Positions 1-9,047 of a DNA stretch of 51,505 nucleotides are shown piece after piece. Source of the stretch: Holosporales bacterium (GTDB taxonomy: Bacteria; Pseudomonadota; Alphaproteobacteria; UBA3830; JAIRMZ01); NCBI GenBank assembly GCA_031266655.1, contig JAISAP010000047.1, forward strand, positions 1 through 51,505, given 5' to 3'. A program made the position numbers and the translations under genes. The first letter of the stretch is position 1. Each line of letters opens with the position of its first letter. The notes below the pieces were generated by a model, which worked only from the letters and a program-made list of their open reading frames with translations, was not told the DNA's origin and searched no databases.

Positions 1-39
1 ATCTTATCCACACGTCATGAGCAAAACCCTCCAGGACCG

Positions 40-720
40 CGTTTATACTGAGCCCACGGTAACCGCGGCTAAACGCCGCGAGGCCCTTGCGATCTCTGTT
101 CATCTTTGGTGGGCGCAAGGGTGCGGAGGTTGCAAAGGCGTGAAGGAAGAGAGTCAAGGGAGTTTGTGGAGAAGCTCGGTAGTGCAGGAAGGACGAAGAG
201 AGGAGTAACTCTCCTACCCACTTTAGCCGCGTCCCATAGGGGACGCGGGGCCTTTGTGACATCAGTTCGATTTAGTAAGATCACAAAGGCGACGATCCCT
301 TTACACCAGCGTTACTCTAGAATCCCTAGCAGTGCACTTGTATGGAGGTGGTAGACGTGCCGATATACGTTCTGCGATCAAAGCTGCAGCATAAACATCT
401 ATACTGAATCCGCGATAACCGCGCCCCGTGGGGGACGCAGGGCCTTCGTGACGTTAGTTCAGTGTAAATACGGTCACAAAGGCGATGATAACCCTGCACC
501 AGCGCCACGCAAAAACTGCAACCGTAGAGCTCTGTATTGGGTTTCATCGTAGCTACGCAGAGCATTCGCCAACAATCCGTAAACCCTCATTGGTCTTTAC
601 CCGAAGCATAATGCCGCGGCGGCTCTCATGCCATCCATCCACTCGATCAAATCATGAGGGCGACGATCCCCCGCACCAACCTCACATATACCTTCAACTT
701 TAGAGACCTGTATTGGCTTC
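40..720. repeat. Degenerate tandem array (about 4 units, spaced roughly 150-195 nt) of a non-coding two-hairpin element; it may continue upstream of the window
   Basis: No consistent ORF. TCACAAAGGCGAYGAT...CACCAGCG occurs at 281 and 474, with a diverged copy (TCATGAGGGCGACGAT...GCACCAAC) at 652 and a weaker copy near 131. TATACTGA..CC.CG.TAACCGCG occurs at 44 and 400. TAGAGMYCTGTATTGG occurs at 525 and 701. The best copy has hairpins CCGCGTCCC (227-235)/GGGACGCGG (240-248) and CCTTTGTGA (251-259)/TCACAAAGG (281-289). Confidence 0.55.
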
Positions 721-822
721 CAACCAACAAAATTGTGTGGTTTTAGGCTAGCAAAATGATAGTAGGGTCGTTAGGAAAGAACCTTGCCCTTCCGGATTGT
801 CGTGGTGTGCAGTTGCTGCGCG

Positions 823-1719
823 TCAACGATGCTCGCCAAGAGCCTTTTTGACTTCCTCTAAAACGGTTGCAACAATTTCCCAATGGTCATGTCCGTAAGT
901 CAGAAAACCGTGTTGTGTATGATCAACGGTGTATTGATAGGTCTCTATTCCCGCTCTTTTCAGCTTCGATACGAATAAAATCTGCCCATCCAGCAAAACA
1001 TCTTCTTGGGCAGATACTATTAAAGTTCTTGGAAAAACGGACATGTCGTCTTCTAGCAACGGATAAATGAATTTATTATTTCTTGTACTTTCGTCATCAA
1101 ATTCTTTATCGGTGTACATCTGCACAAACCACTTCATCATCGATTCTGTTAAATGGATTGTGTTGCCAAATTTTTGGAAGGATGTGGATTGAAAATCATT
1201 GGATAAGACTGGGTAAAACAGGATCTGTGCCATCGGCAGTTTTGGAAAGCCTTTTTCTCGTAGTTTGATGCAGAGGGAAGCACACAAATTCCCGCCTGCA
1301 CTGTCACCAGCAAGGATGATTCCCTCAAGATCCATGGAGGGATGATCCGAGAGAGCGCAATAAACACTGAAAACATCATGTAAAGCCGTTGGGAACCTGT
1401 GTTGGGGCACTAGTCGATACTCCACAGAAAGCACTCTCGTACCCAAAATATTGGCGATTTTTCGGCATAAAGCATCGTGAGTTTCTACGCCTTCTCCTAC
1501 CCAACCCCCTCCGTGAACATATAGTATGACATTCCGATTGGCTTTTTCTGGCTCGTAGAGCGTGGCAGGAATCAAAAAATCATCTCCATCCACCATACTT
1601 TCGAAGGTGAGCCTAGAGATTTTCCTTACGTTTTGTTTTTGTCCATCACGCTTTAAAAAGATGGCGGCAGGATCTTCCTCAAAACGGGCGTTCGAGTCTT
1701 CTTGTCCTTTGCATGTCAT
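823..1719 (-). CDS. Alpha/beta hydrolase, family IV (hormone-sensitive-lipase-type) esterase/lipase
   Basis: HGGGW oxyanion motif (YVHGGGWVGEG), GDSAGG nucleophile elbow and a C-terminal His (DHTQHGF). Track ORF 823..2112 extends 131 codons further into the divergent mfd gene. The ATG at 1719 (MTCKGQEDS...) gives a normal ~298 aa enzyme. Confidence 0.85.
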   Translation of the reverse strand: MTCKGQEDSNARFEEDPAAIFLKRDGQKQNVRKISRLTFESMVDGDDFLIPATLYEPEKANRNVILYVHGGGWVGEGVETHDALCRKIANILGTRVLSVEYRLVPQHRFPTALHDVFSVYCALSDHPSMDLEGIILAGDSAGGNLCASLCIKLREKGFPKLPMAQILFYPVLSNDFQSTSFQKFGNTIHLTESMMKWFVQMYTDKEFDDESTRNNKFIYPLLEDDMSVFPRTLIVSAQEDVLLDGQILFVSKLKRAGIETYQYTVDHTQHGFLTYGHDHWEIVATVLEEVKKALGEHR

Positions 1720-1900
1720 CACAGAACCTCTTTTGCAGAAGTCCCACTCTATCCTACAGGGGTTTTCCTTAAAACAAGAAAGGCGGGTCCATGGAAGGAG
1801 TGGTCCTAGAAATGCCGGGTGCGATTCCCTTCCAGCAAGAATCCTGTTAGCCTCCCTCGGTGCCAAAAGCCACCACAAGCCAAAGAGCGAGAGCCAGTCG

Positions 1901-4900
1901 ATGCCTTTAGCGCAGAAGCCTCCTCTTGTGGCCGCGGCGTACGCGTTACGTGCGGAGAGTGCATCCTGCGTCCTGTGGGTTGTTCCAGATAGCGCCATGC
2001 TGGAGTCCTGCGCCGAATGGGTCCGGTTCTTCGCCCCCTCCCGGCAAGTGCTCGTTTTTCCGCCCTGGGATTGCCTTCCATACGATCGAGCGTCTCCCAG
2101 AAGAGACCTCATGGAGCAGCGCCTCTGTACGTTGGACCAGTTGTCTCAAAGGCCAGATACCTCCCGATGCGTGATCACCTCCCTTTCCGCTTTCGGTCAG
2201 CGCCTACCCCCCAAAGAGTTGCTGCGCAAGGCGTTTTCTCTCCGTCTCGGGGATCGGATTGCGTTCTCTGACCTCAAGAATCGGCTGATTTCCCTGGGAT
2301 TTGCGCGGGTGGAGACCGTTGTGTCTCCTGGAGAATTTTCCGTACGCGGCGAAATTTTTGATCTCTTTCCCGCGGGAACGCCTAACCCTTATCGTCTGGG
2401 ATTCCAGGAGGAAGAGATCGAGCGCCTCCACCTTTTTGACCCAGAAACGCAATGCAGCAAGGAAGAGTGTTCTGAGCTTCGGGTATTGCCCATGCGGGAA
2501 GTCATTCTGACGCAAGAGACATGCGAGCGGTTCGCGCAACACTACCAAGAGATTTTTGACGAACGGACTACGCCAGATCCCTTCTTCGAAGCGACTTCTT
2601 TGGGCCTCTCCTATCCCGGGCAGGAGCATTGGTTGCCGCTCTTTTACCCATCCCTCTCCTCATTTTCTGACGCTTTGCCTCCAGAGACGCGGGTACTGCT
2701 CCCGGACCAGTGGCAGGAGGAGGTCTCATCGCGTTTCCAGCAGATCACCGACTTTTTTACGACACGCCAGCGCTACCAAGAGGAGCCGCTCCTGGCGGAC
2801 TCGGTTCCTTACTATCCCCTGCCTCCTGAAGCCTTGTACCTCTCGCCCTCGGAAGTCTGCGCAGCGCTGTCTTCTCTGCAAGAGACAAGCACCAAGCACA
2901 TGCTCGAAACGGCGCGGAGAGGGGAGGATTTCTCCCTCGAGCGGCGCGAAGTTGCGCATCTCGTGCAAAAGGCGGCGGATTGCCTGGAGAAGGAGCGTAG
3001 AAGCGGGAAGAACCTGCTTATCGCTTGCGCAACAGAGGGAGGGCGCACGCGCCTCTGTCAAGCTTTTTCCGCTGGATCATTGCTGTCTCTGACCTGTGTG
3101 GAAACCTGGGAGGAAGCCATTCAGGAGAATAAAAACGGCACGATTCCCGTAAAACGTTTATTTCTCCCGGAAGGGTTCGCGTTTCCGGATCTTTGGGTTC
3201 TTTCAGAGGCGGACTTGTGGGGTGCGAGCCTCCGGACAGTGCGGCCTAAAAAGGGGAGAACCCTGAGGCCAGTAGATATAGAGACTGGAGATTATGTCGT
3301 GCATGAAGAGCACGGGCTCGGCCAGTACAAAGGGTTGTGGACACTGGAGGTAGATGGGGTACATCACGATTGCTTGGAGCTTTTGTACGATCAAGGAGAC
3401 AAACTTTACGTTCCGGTAGAGAACCTGGACCTTGTGTCCCACTATGGCTCCGAGGAGCGTTTGGTGACGCTCGATCGTCTCGGGACGCTGCAGTGGCAAA
3501 GTCGGAAAGCGCGGATCAAGGAGCGCATCGGGATCATGGCGCAGAAGCTGCTCGATGTTGCGGCGCAGAGGCTCTTAAAGGAGGCACCTCCGATGGAGAA
3601 AATTCCTTCGGAATACGATCTCTTTTGTGCAAGATTTCCCTACCCGGAAACCGAGGATCAGGGACGGGCGATCGCAGAGGTGACAGCAGATTTTCGTTCC
3701 GGCCACTTTTCCGATCGGCTGATCTGCGGAGATGTGGGCTTTGGTAAAACAGAGGTTGCCTTGCGAGCGGCGTTCCTGATGGTTGCGGCTGGGAAGCAAG
3801 TGGCCGTTGTCGTCCCCACGACGCTCTTGTGCCGGCAGCATTTCCATCATTTTTCGGAACGTTTCTCGGGTTTTTCCAAACAGGTCGCCTTTTTGTCGCG
3901 TTTGACGCCCCCAGGACGGCGTAAGGAGATCCGAGAGGAGGCGGCCCGTGGCACGATCGATATCCTGATAGGAACCCATACGCTCCTGCGGGAGACCATG
4001 CGCTTCCACAACCTCGGGTTGCTCATTGTCGATGAGGAACAGCATTTTGGCGTCAAGCAAAAAGAACAGCTGAAGTCGCTGTATGCAGACGTCCATGTTT
4101 TGACCCTCACGGCCACTCCCATTCCTCGGACGTTACAGCTCTCTCTGGCAGGCGTGCGAGACCTAAGCTTGATTGCCTCTCCTCCCATCGATCGGCGAGC
4201 GGTCCATACCTTCGTGACCCCTTTCGACCCTGTTGTTCTGCGTGAGGCACTCCTAAGAGAACGCGCACGCGGGGGCCAAACTTTCTACGTGTGCCCCCAT
4301 GTGAAGGATCTGCCGTCCATTGAGCAATTTCTTACAGAATTCGTGCCCGAAATACGGTTTTGCTGCGCACATGGACAGATGCCAACGGCGCAACTGGAGT
4401 CCACGATTCATCATTTCTTGGAGGGGAAATACGACACGCTGGTGGCCACCAACATTATTGAGTCCGGTATTGACATCCCGACGGCCAACACCATCATTCT
4501 GCATCGCGCGGATCTCTTCGGCCTCTCCCAATTATACCAGTTGCGAGGCCGTGTGGGGCGCGCGCAGAAGCAGGCGTACGCCTATTTTACGTATAATGCG
4601 CAGCAGCCTTTGCCAGAAAAGGCACGCAAACGCCTGGAGATTTTGGAGAGACTGGATCACCTCGGGGCTGGATTCACGTTGGCCAGCTTTGACCTGGATT
4701 TGCGGGGAGCTGGAAACCTGCTGGGAGAGGAGCAATCAGGGCATATTCGAGAAGTAGGTGTGGAGCTCTATCAGAACCTCCTGCAGCAGGCTGTGGAGAC
4801 GCTCAGGAAAGAGAAAACTTCGGCAGAAGAGGTCGAGGGGGGAGCTCCGCAGCTGTCTCTAGGGCTCCCGGTTCTCATTCCGGACACGTATGTGCGCGAC

Positions 4901-5308
4901 CATGCGACGAAGCTGGAGCTGTATCGACGGGCGGCAACCTTGAAGACGGAGGAAGAGTTCCAGGCCCTCCACGAGGAGCTGATCGACCGCTTTGGGCCGC
5001 TTCCGGCAGAAGTCCACAACCTCTTTACCGCGATTCGTCTGCGCAACAAGGCAAAAGAGGCGTTTGTGCAACGGCTAAGCGTGAGTGTGCAGGGAGGTCT
5101 CATGACCTTGCACGGATTTCCCAACCCGGAGGGTATGATTGCCCTCATTCAGCAATCAAAAGGCGCCCTTCAGCTGCGTCCAGGGGACAAGCTCTTTTTT
5201 CCATTTTCCAAGTCGTTAACTGCTCCGGAGCGCCTTCGCGTTTGCGAAAAAGTGCTGACACGCATTGCTGCTGTGGCCAGAACAGGGGAGCCTACTGGGT
5301 CAGCTTAA
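1901..5308 (+). CDS. mfd: Transcription-repair coupling factor Mfd
   Basis: Walker A GDVGFGKTEV, DEEQHFG helicase box, UvrB-homology N-terminus, ~1135 aa. Track ORF starts at 1562 but that part overlaps the esterase. The first non-overlapping ATG is 1901 (MPLAQKPP...). The exact start is uncertain. Confidence 0.93.
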   Translation: MPLAQKPPLVAAAYALRAESASCVLWVVPDSAMLESCAEWVRFFAPSRQVLVFPPWDCLPYDRASPRRDLMEQRLCTLDQLSQRPDTSRCVITSLSAFGQRLPPKELLRKAFSLRLGDRIAFSDLKNRLISLGFARVETVVSPGEFSVRGEIFDLFPAGTPNPYRLGFQEEEIERLHLFDPETQCSKEECSELRVLPMREVILTQETCERFAQHYQEIFDERTTPDPFFEATSLGLSYPGQEHWLPLFYPSLSSFSDALPPETRVLLPDQWQEEVSSRFQQITDFFTTRQRYQEEPLLADSVPYYPLPPEALYLSPSEVCAALSSLQETSTKHMLETARRGEDFSLERREVAHLVQKAADCLEKERRSGKNLLIACATEGGRTRLCQAFSAGSLLSLTCVETWEEAIQENKNGTIPVKRLFLPEGFAFPDLWVLSEADLWGASLRTVRPKKGRTLRPVDIETGDYVVHEEHGLGQYKGLWTLEVDGVHHDCLELLYDQGDKLYVPVENLDLVSHYGSEERLVTLDRLGTLQWQSRKARIKERIGIMAQKLLDVAAQRLLKEAPPMEKIPSEYDLFCARFPYPETEDQGRAIAEVTADFRSGHFSDRLICGDVGFGKTEVALRAAFLMVAAGKQVAVVVPTTLLCRQHFHHFSERFSGFSKQVAFLSRLTPPGRRKEIREEAARGTIDILIGTHTLLRETMRFHNLGLLIVDEEQHFGVKQKEQLKSLYADVHVLTLTATPIPRTLQLSLAGVRDLSLIASPPIDRRAVHTFVTPFDPVVLREALLRERARGGQTFYVCPHVKDLPSIEQFLTEFVPEIRFCCAHGQMPTAQLESTIHHFLEGKYDTLVATNIIESGIDIPTANTIILHRADLFGLSQLYQLRGRVGRAQKQAYAYFTYNAQQPLPEKARKRLEILERLDHLGAGFTLASFDLDLRGAGNLLGEEQSGHIREVGVELYQNLLQQAVETLRKEKTSAEEVEGGAPQLSLGLPVLIPDTYVRDHATKLELYRRAATLKTEEEFQALHEELIDRFGPLPAEVHNLFTAIRLRNKAKEAFVQRLSVSVQGGLMTLHGFPNPEGMIALIQQSKGALQLRPGDKLFFPFSKSLTAPERLRVCEKVLTRIAAVARTGEPTGSA

Positions 5309-5826
5309 GATGCGCTGAGTCCTTCAGCGATCTGTTTTTTAAATCTGCGTATTACGGAGGCTCTTTTGAGTTTCGAGAGGTGATCGATGAAGAGGATCCC
5401 ATCCAGATGGTCGATTTCGTGCTGAATGCAGACTGCAAGGAGGCCCTGTGCTTTGAGGCTTTGCGGGCGAAAGTTTACATCCTGATAGGCTACGACGATC
5501 TCCTCTGGACGTACCACGTCTTCCCAAAACCCGGGGAAGGAGAGACAACCGTTCGAACAAGCGCTCGTTTCCTCGGATCGCCAGGTGATCTCTGGATTGA
5601 TCAGCGCAAGCGGGAGCGTTTCGCTGTATTCAGGACCAAGATCGACGACGACAACCCGTTTCAGAATGCCCACTTGCGGAGCGGCGAGTCCGATACCTCT
5701 ACCCTCGAGTGTAGCGAAGAGATCTGTAACGAGCTGGGGAATCGTCGTGTCCTGGGGACTGACGGGAACAGAAAGTTTGCGCAAAACAGGATCTGGATAG
5801 TACCGAATCTCCAGGGGCGCTGCCAT
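5305..5826 (-). CDS. def: Peptide deformylase
   Basis: The three Def motifs are present: GIGLAAPQVG, NGCLSFPG and QHEIDHLDG. The ATG at 5826 (MAAPLEIRYYPDP) is preferred over the track start at 5865. Confidence 0.93.
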   Translation of the reverse strand: MAAPLEIRYYPDPVLRKLSVPVSPQDTTIPQLVTDLFATLEGRGIGLAAPQVGILKRVVVVDLGPEYSETLPLALINPEITWRSEETSACSNGCLSFPGFWEDVVRPEEIVVAYQDVNFRPQSLKAQGLLAVCIQHEIDHLDGILFIDHLSKLKRASVIRRFKKQIAEGLSAS

Positions 5827-5872
5827 AAACTCCGCACATTTTAGATGTGCTCCCTGTACCACCAAAGCACGC

Positions 5873-7129
5873 TTAAAACAAGGGACGCCCTTTTCTCAGA
5901 GCGAGACCACTGAGCGGGAAAAGAGCGACAAGAGCAAGCGTTGAGAGATCCGTCGAATAAATAACAAAGACGCAAAAGCTAGCAGCTCCGAGGCCCACGG
6001 CTTTTCGCACGTATTGTCCAGAGGGGAGCAACTTCAGAAAGGCAACACAGCAAAGAAGGTAAATAAACAGAAAAGCATTCACCGAAATATCGATAAAAGC
6101 CGTAATTTGCTGCATCATGCTTTTACTTTGCGTCAAAAACAAGAGGAGAGCGATTCCGGCACTGCTCATGAGGATATTGCTGTACGGAGCTCCTTCTCGG
6201 TTGGTCTTCCCAAAAATCGCTGGGAGAAACCCATCTTTGGAGAGGCCTAGTGCGATCTGGCCCGAAGTAATCGTCCAGGCATTGAGGGTCCCGATACAAA
6301 TGAATGAGGCGAGTGCCGCCATCACTTGTCCGCTGCCCGTTCCCCATATTCTTTCAATAGCAAGGCTGTGTGCCGTACTGGTTTGGGAGAGGAGCTTGGC
6401 ATCGAGCATTCCCATGATAGCCAAGCAATCAATGAAATAGAGAAGAGCAACGCAGATGGTCCCAACGACCGTAGCGAGAGGGATGATTCTCGTGGGCTTT
6501 GATACGGATCCAGCGGGTACGGTAGCGGACTCCACACCGATAAACCCCCAGAAGGCAATCATCGCCACATTGCCCACAATTTTCAGTGGAGGCGTCTCAG
6601 GAATTAACACCTGGATATTGTCGCTATCGAAGTACGAGAACGTAAAGAGCGGAAGAACAATCAGGGACCCATACTTAATGGCCGTCAGGAATACCTCTAC
6701 CTGACTAGCAGTGCGGATGCTCTTGCAGTTGACGAGAGTGATCACGAGCAGCAGGACGAGCTCCAATAGGAGCTGAACCCCTGCCGATTGCTCTCCGATA
6801 ATAGGAGCTAAGAACCCGATGCCTGTCATGACCACAACGCAGCTACTCATCCAGGAAACCAGCCAGTAAGTCCAACCTGCATAAAAAGCAGCTGTCTTCC
6901 CAAGGGCTGCCTCAATAAAGACATGCGGACCGCCGGTTTTGGTGGTTTTCATGCTGAGTTCTGCGAAGACCAACGCTAGCAAGACCGCCCCGATCCCTGT
7001 GATCCACCAAGAGGAAAGACCGTAGGATCCGTAAGGCGCGAGACTGGATGGGAGCACAAAGATGCTCGATCCAAGCTGGCTACCGATGACGATAGACAGT
7101 ACCGAGAAAAATCCCATCTTTTTAGACAC
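5873..7129 (-). CDS. APC-superfamily amino acid/polyamine permease (antiporter-like)
   Basis: 418 aa, hydrophobic throughout (about 12 TM-like segments). The N-terminal IGSQLGSSIFVLPSSLA ... ITGIGAVLLALVFAELS signature is typical of APC/APA transporters. Substrate cannot be read from the sequence. Confidence 0.8.
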   Translation of the reverse strand: MSKKMGFFSVLSIVIGSQLGSSIFVLPSSLAPYGSYGLSSWWITGIGAVLLALVFAELSMKTTKTGGPHVFIEAALGKTAAFYAGWTYWLVSWMSSCVVVMTGIGFLAPIIGEQSAGVQLLLELVLLLVITLVNCKSIRTASQVEVFLTAIKYGSLIVLPLFTFSYFDSDNIQVLIPETPPLKIVGNVAMIAFWGFIGVESATVPAGSVSKPTRIIPLATVVGTICVALLYFIDCLAIMGMLDAKLLSQTSTAHSLAIERIWGTGSGQVMAALASFICIGTLNAWTITSGQIALGLSKDGFLPAIFGKTNREGAPYSNILMSSAGIALLLFLTQSKSMMQQITAFIDISVNAFLFIYLLCCVAFLKLLPSGQYVRKAVGLGAASFCVFVIYSTDLSTLALVALFPLSGLALRKGRPLF

Positions 7130-7258
7130 TGTATGCTCCTAGGCGCTTGGAACCGGCGGCGCTCAGGGTACCACGAGCTCCTCCGAGAGTATAGCGGTGC
7201 TGTTGACGCGGCTTTCTCGGATCTTCATTCTAAGGGCCGCGGGAAAACGTGGGAAGCT

Positions 7259-7675
7259 GTGCTGTACAGATCTTTGCTCTGGGCGCTTTTGCTGGCGGCT
7301 TGTACTCCGACACAAGACATTCGGGGGAACCTGGTCGATCAAGAGGATATTGCGCGGTTAGTTCCTTACAAGCACACACGGGAAGACGTAGTCGAGATTC
7401 TCGGCCCCCCTTCTTTGAAGGTGGAAGAGAACAAGTGGCTCTATCTCGGGCAGGAGCAGACGCGGGTTGCTTTCCTCACCCCGAAAGTAAAAGGGCAGCG
7501 CTCTTTTCTGGTCCTTTTCGATGCTGCGGGTCGCTATCTTCGAACGGAGAGGTGTATTCTGAAGGGGCGTCATCTCCTCCCGGATCCGGAGATTTCCCCA
7601 CAGAAGGGGAAGGAGATCACGATCCTCGGTCAAACCCTCGACAACCTCCGCCGTGCGACACAGAAGAAGAAATGA
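7259..7675 (+). CDS. bamE: Outer membrane assembly lipoprotein BamE (SmpA/OmlA family)
   Basis: Lipobox LLLAAC|T followed by a SmpA/OmlA-like block (DIRGNLVDQEDIARLVPYKHTREDVVEILGPPS...WLY). The in-frame GTG at 7259 gives a normal lipoprotein signal peptide. Track ORF begins at 7133. Confidence 0.75.
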   Translation: MLYRSLLWALLLAACTPTQDIRGNLVDQEDIARLVPYKHTREDVVEILGPPSLKVEENKWLYLGQEQTRVAFLTPKVKGQRSFLVLFDAAGRYLRTERCILKGRHLLPDPEISPQKGKEITILGQTLDNLRRATQKKK

Positions 7676-7700
7676 ATGGGAGCCTTCTTGCCTAAGAAGA

Positions 7701-8702
7701 TTAGAAATCTAGGATTTGAAAGGGTGGGCAAGGAGCGGTAGATACTGCGCGCCACTCTTCTTTGAGAATCTCCAAAACATCTGGATAAGTTTTCATCAAA
7801 TCTGGATAGGCGGAGAAGCCAATCTTTCTCCCAGCGATCGAGCCTGCAAGGCAGAGCATTTTTAAATCTACCTCGTCATCCGCGATATGAATCCTCGTCC
7901 TCTTTCGAACGGCCATAACCCAACACCATCCCTGATCTTCGCGGGGAGCAACCTCCATCGCCATATCCGACCGCACAACGTCTTCGTGCAAGCTATGCGG
8001 CGGATACAGAACGCCCATCCCTGCTGAGGGAACACATAGCAAAGACGGAACCCCACTTTCCGCAACATTTGTTCCTAAATCTGCATCGCACGCGTTATTC
8101 CAGAAACATAGGAACGACCTATTACCATGTATACAAGAGGGGTCTTTTTGGTAATGTGTATAAAGGATTTTCAACCAATCGACAGGGTACAGAATATCAT
8201 CGTCAGCCACCACGATGATATCGTCTGGGCAAGCTTTTATCGAGGGAATGATCTTTTTTAACGACTTCAAATCTTCGCACCACTGGATAGACAACCCAAA
8301 CTGACGCAAGTGCAAGAGCTCATAAGGAAGGTCATGCTCTTTACAGGGAAACTGGGATTCTGCTAGCCACATTACCACCTTGTCAGGTTTTAAGGACTGC
8401 GTGAGAAGCGTGTAGACAGCTGCATAAGACTGCGCTATCCGCGCAGGGTGGGAGGTTAGAGAGACGATAAGACGAGGTGTCGGGCGTTCCGGGACTTGGA
8501 TGCCACTCTCTTGCAAGCGATAGACCTTCACTCGCGTTTCCAGAAGGTGAACTTTCGTCTGGTAGTTCCACAGATGAGTAGGAAAGTCCAGCATCTTTCG
8601 AAGGGCAATATAGACGTCGCGCACGAGCGGCGTCCTGTACCAAAGCGTTCGCGCCAGTTCTCCCCAGTATCCGCGATAAGCGTACTGTTCCTGCTCCGTC
8701 AC
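7701..8702 (-). CDS. Putative DXD glycosyltransferase, uncharacterised family (paralog of 44797..45783)
   Basis: Block RLIVSLTSHPARI...YTLLTQSLKPDKVVMWLAE..FP....LP.ELL.L..FGLSI.WCEDL.S.KKIIP.....PDDIIVVADDDILY. The DDD (DXD-like) motif and architecture resemble capsule/LPS-locus glycosyltransferases. It aligns end to end with 44797..45783. Confidence 0.6.
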   Translation of the reverse strand: MTEQEQYAYRGYWGELARTLWYRTPLVRDVYIALRKMLDFPTHLWNYQTKVHLLETRVKVYRLQESGIQVPERPTPRLIVSLTSHPARIAQSYAAVYTLLTQSLKPDKVVMWLAESQFPCKEHDLPYELLHLRQFGLSIQWCEDLKSLKKIIPSIKACPDDIIVVADDDILYPVDWLKILYTHYQKDPSCIHGNRSFLCFWNNACDADLGTNVAESGVPSLLCVPSAGMGVLYPPHSLHEDVVRSDMAMEVAPREDQGWCWVMAVRKRTRIHIADDEVDLKMLCLAGSIAGRKIGFSAYPDLMKTYPDVLEILKEEWRAVSTAPCPPFQILDF

Positions 8703-8708
8703 AATCGT

Positions 8709-9041
8709 TTATTCCTTTCCGTACAAAGAAGAACTAAAAGTGTAGTCAGGAACTAGAATCAGGATATCCTCCGGGTGCGCCAGTTCCAGCGCGTACGCCT
8801 GCTCTCCAAGCAGATCCAGGTCAAGACTTTTGTTACTCAAATGAAGGACCTTCTCTCGCAAAGAATGGTTCTTTTCTTTCCACTCCGCAAGACACCGTTC
8901 GGCCTTGGCGTACTGCTTCTCGAGGCGCACCCACGCGAGCAATCCACGATCTCCCCTAATAAGGTGATAAGAAAAATACCCCAGCAAGAACACCGTTAGG
9001 AGGGGAGAGAAGAATTTGGAAAAACGAGGGAAGCCGAGCAT
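8709..9041 (-). CDS. ftsB: Cell division protein FtsB (septum formation initiator)
   Basis: 110 aa with an N-terminal TM segment (LLTVFLLGYFSYHLI), then a coiled coil and the typical ...DLDLLGEQAYALELAHPEDILI... tail. It sits downstream of kdsA, as in many alphaproteobacteria. Confidence 0.8.
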   Translation of the reverse strand: MLGFPRFSKFFSPLLTVFLLGYFSYHLIRGDRGLLAWVRLEKQYAKAERCLAEWKEKNHSLREKVLHLSNKSLDLDLLGEQAYALELAHPEDILILVPDYTFSSSLYGKE

Positions 9042-9047
9042 CTTTTC

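Noticed and set aside
40-720. Possible CRISPR array, because of the recurring palindromic motif GCGTCCC..GGGACGC.
   Set aside because: Unit spacing is ~150-195 nt and the copies are degenerate. There are no exact 28-37 nt repeats separated by 30-40 nt unique spacers, and no cas genes are in the window.
1562-2112. Apparent 550-nt overlap of two long ORFs (823..2112 minus and 1562..5308 plus).
   Set aside because: Both N-terminal extensions lack homology-like sequence and are GC-rich read-through. Internal ATGs at 1719 and 1901 give proteins of normal length and a 181-nt divergent promoter region.
5305-5308. The mfd and def stop codons overlap on opposite strands in the palindrome TTAA.
   Set aside because: This is real in the sequence but is a simple consequence of tight convergent packing. 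No functional implication can be supported.
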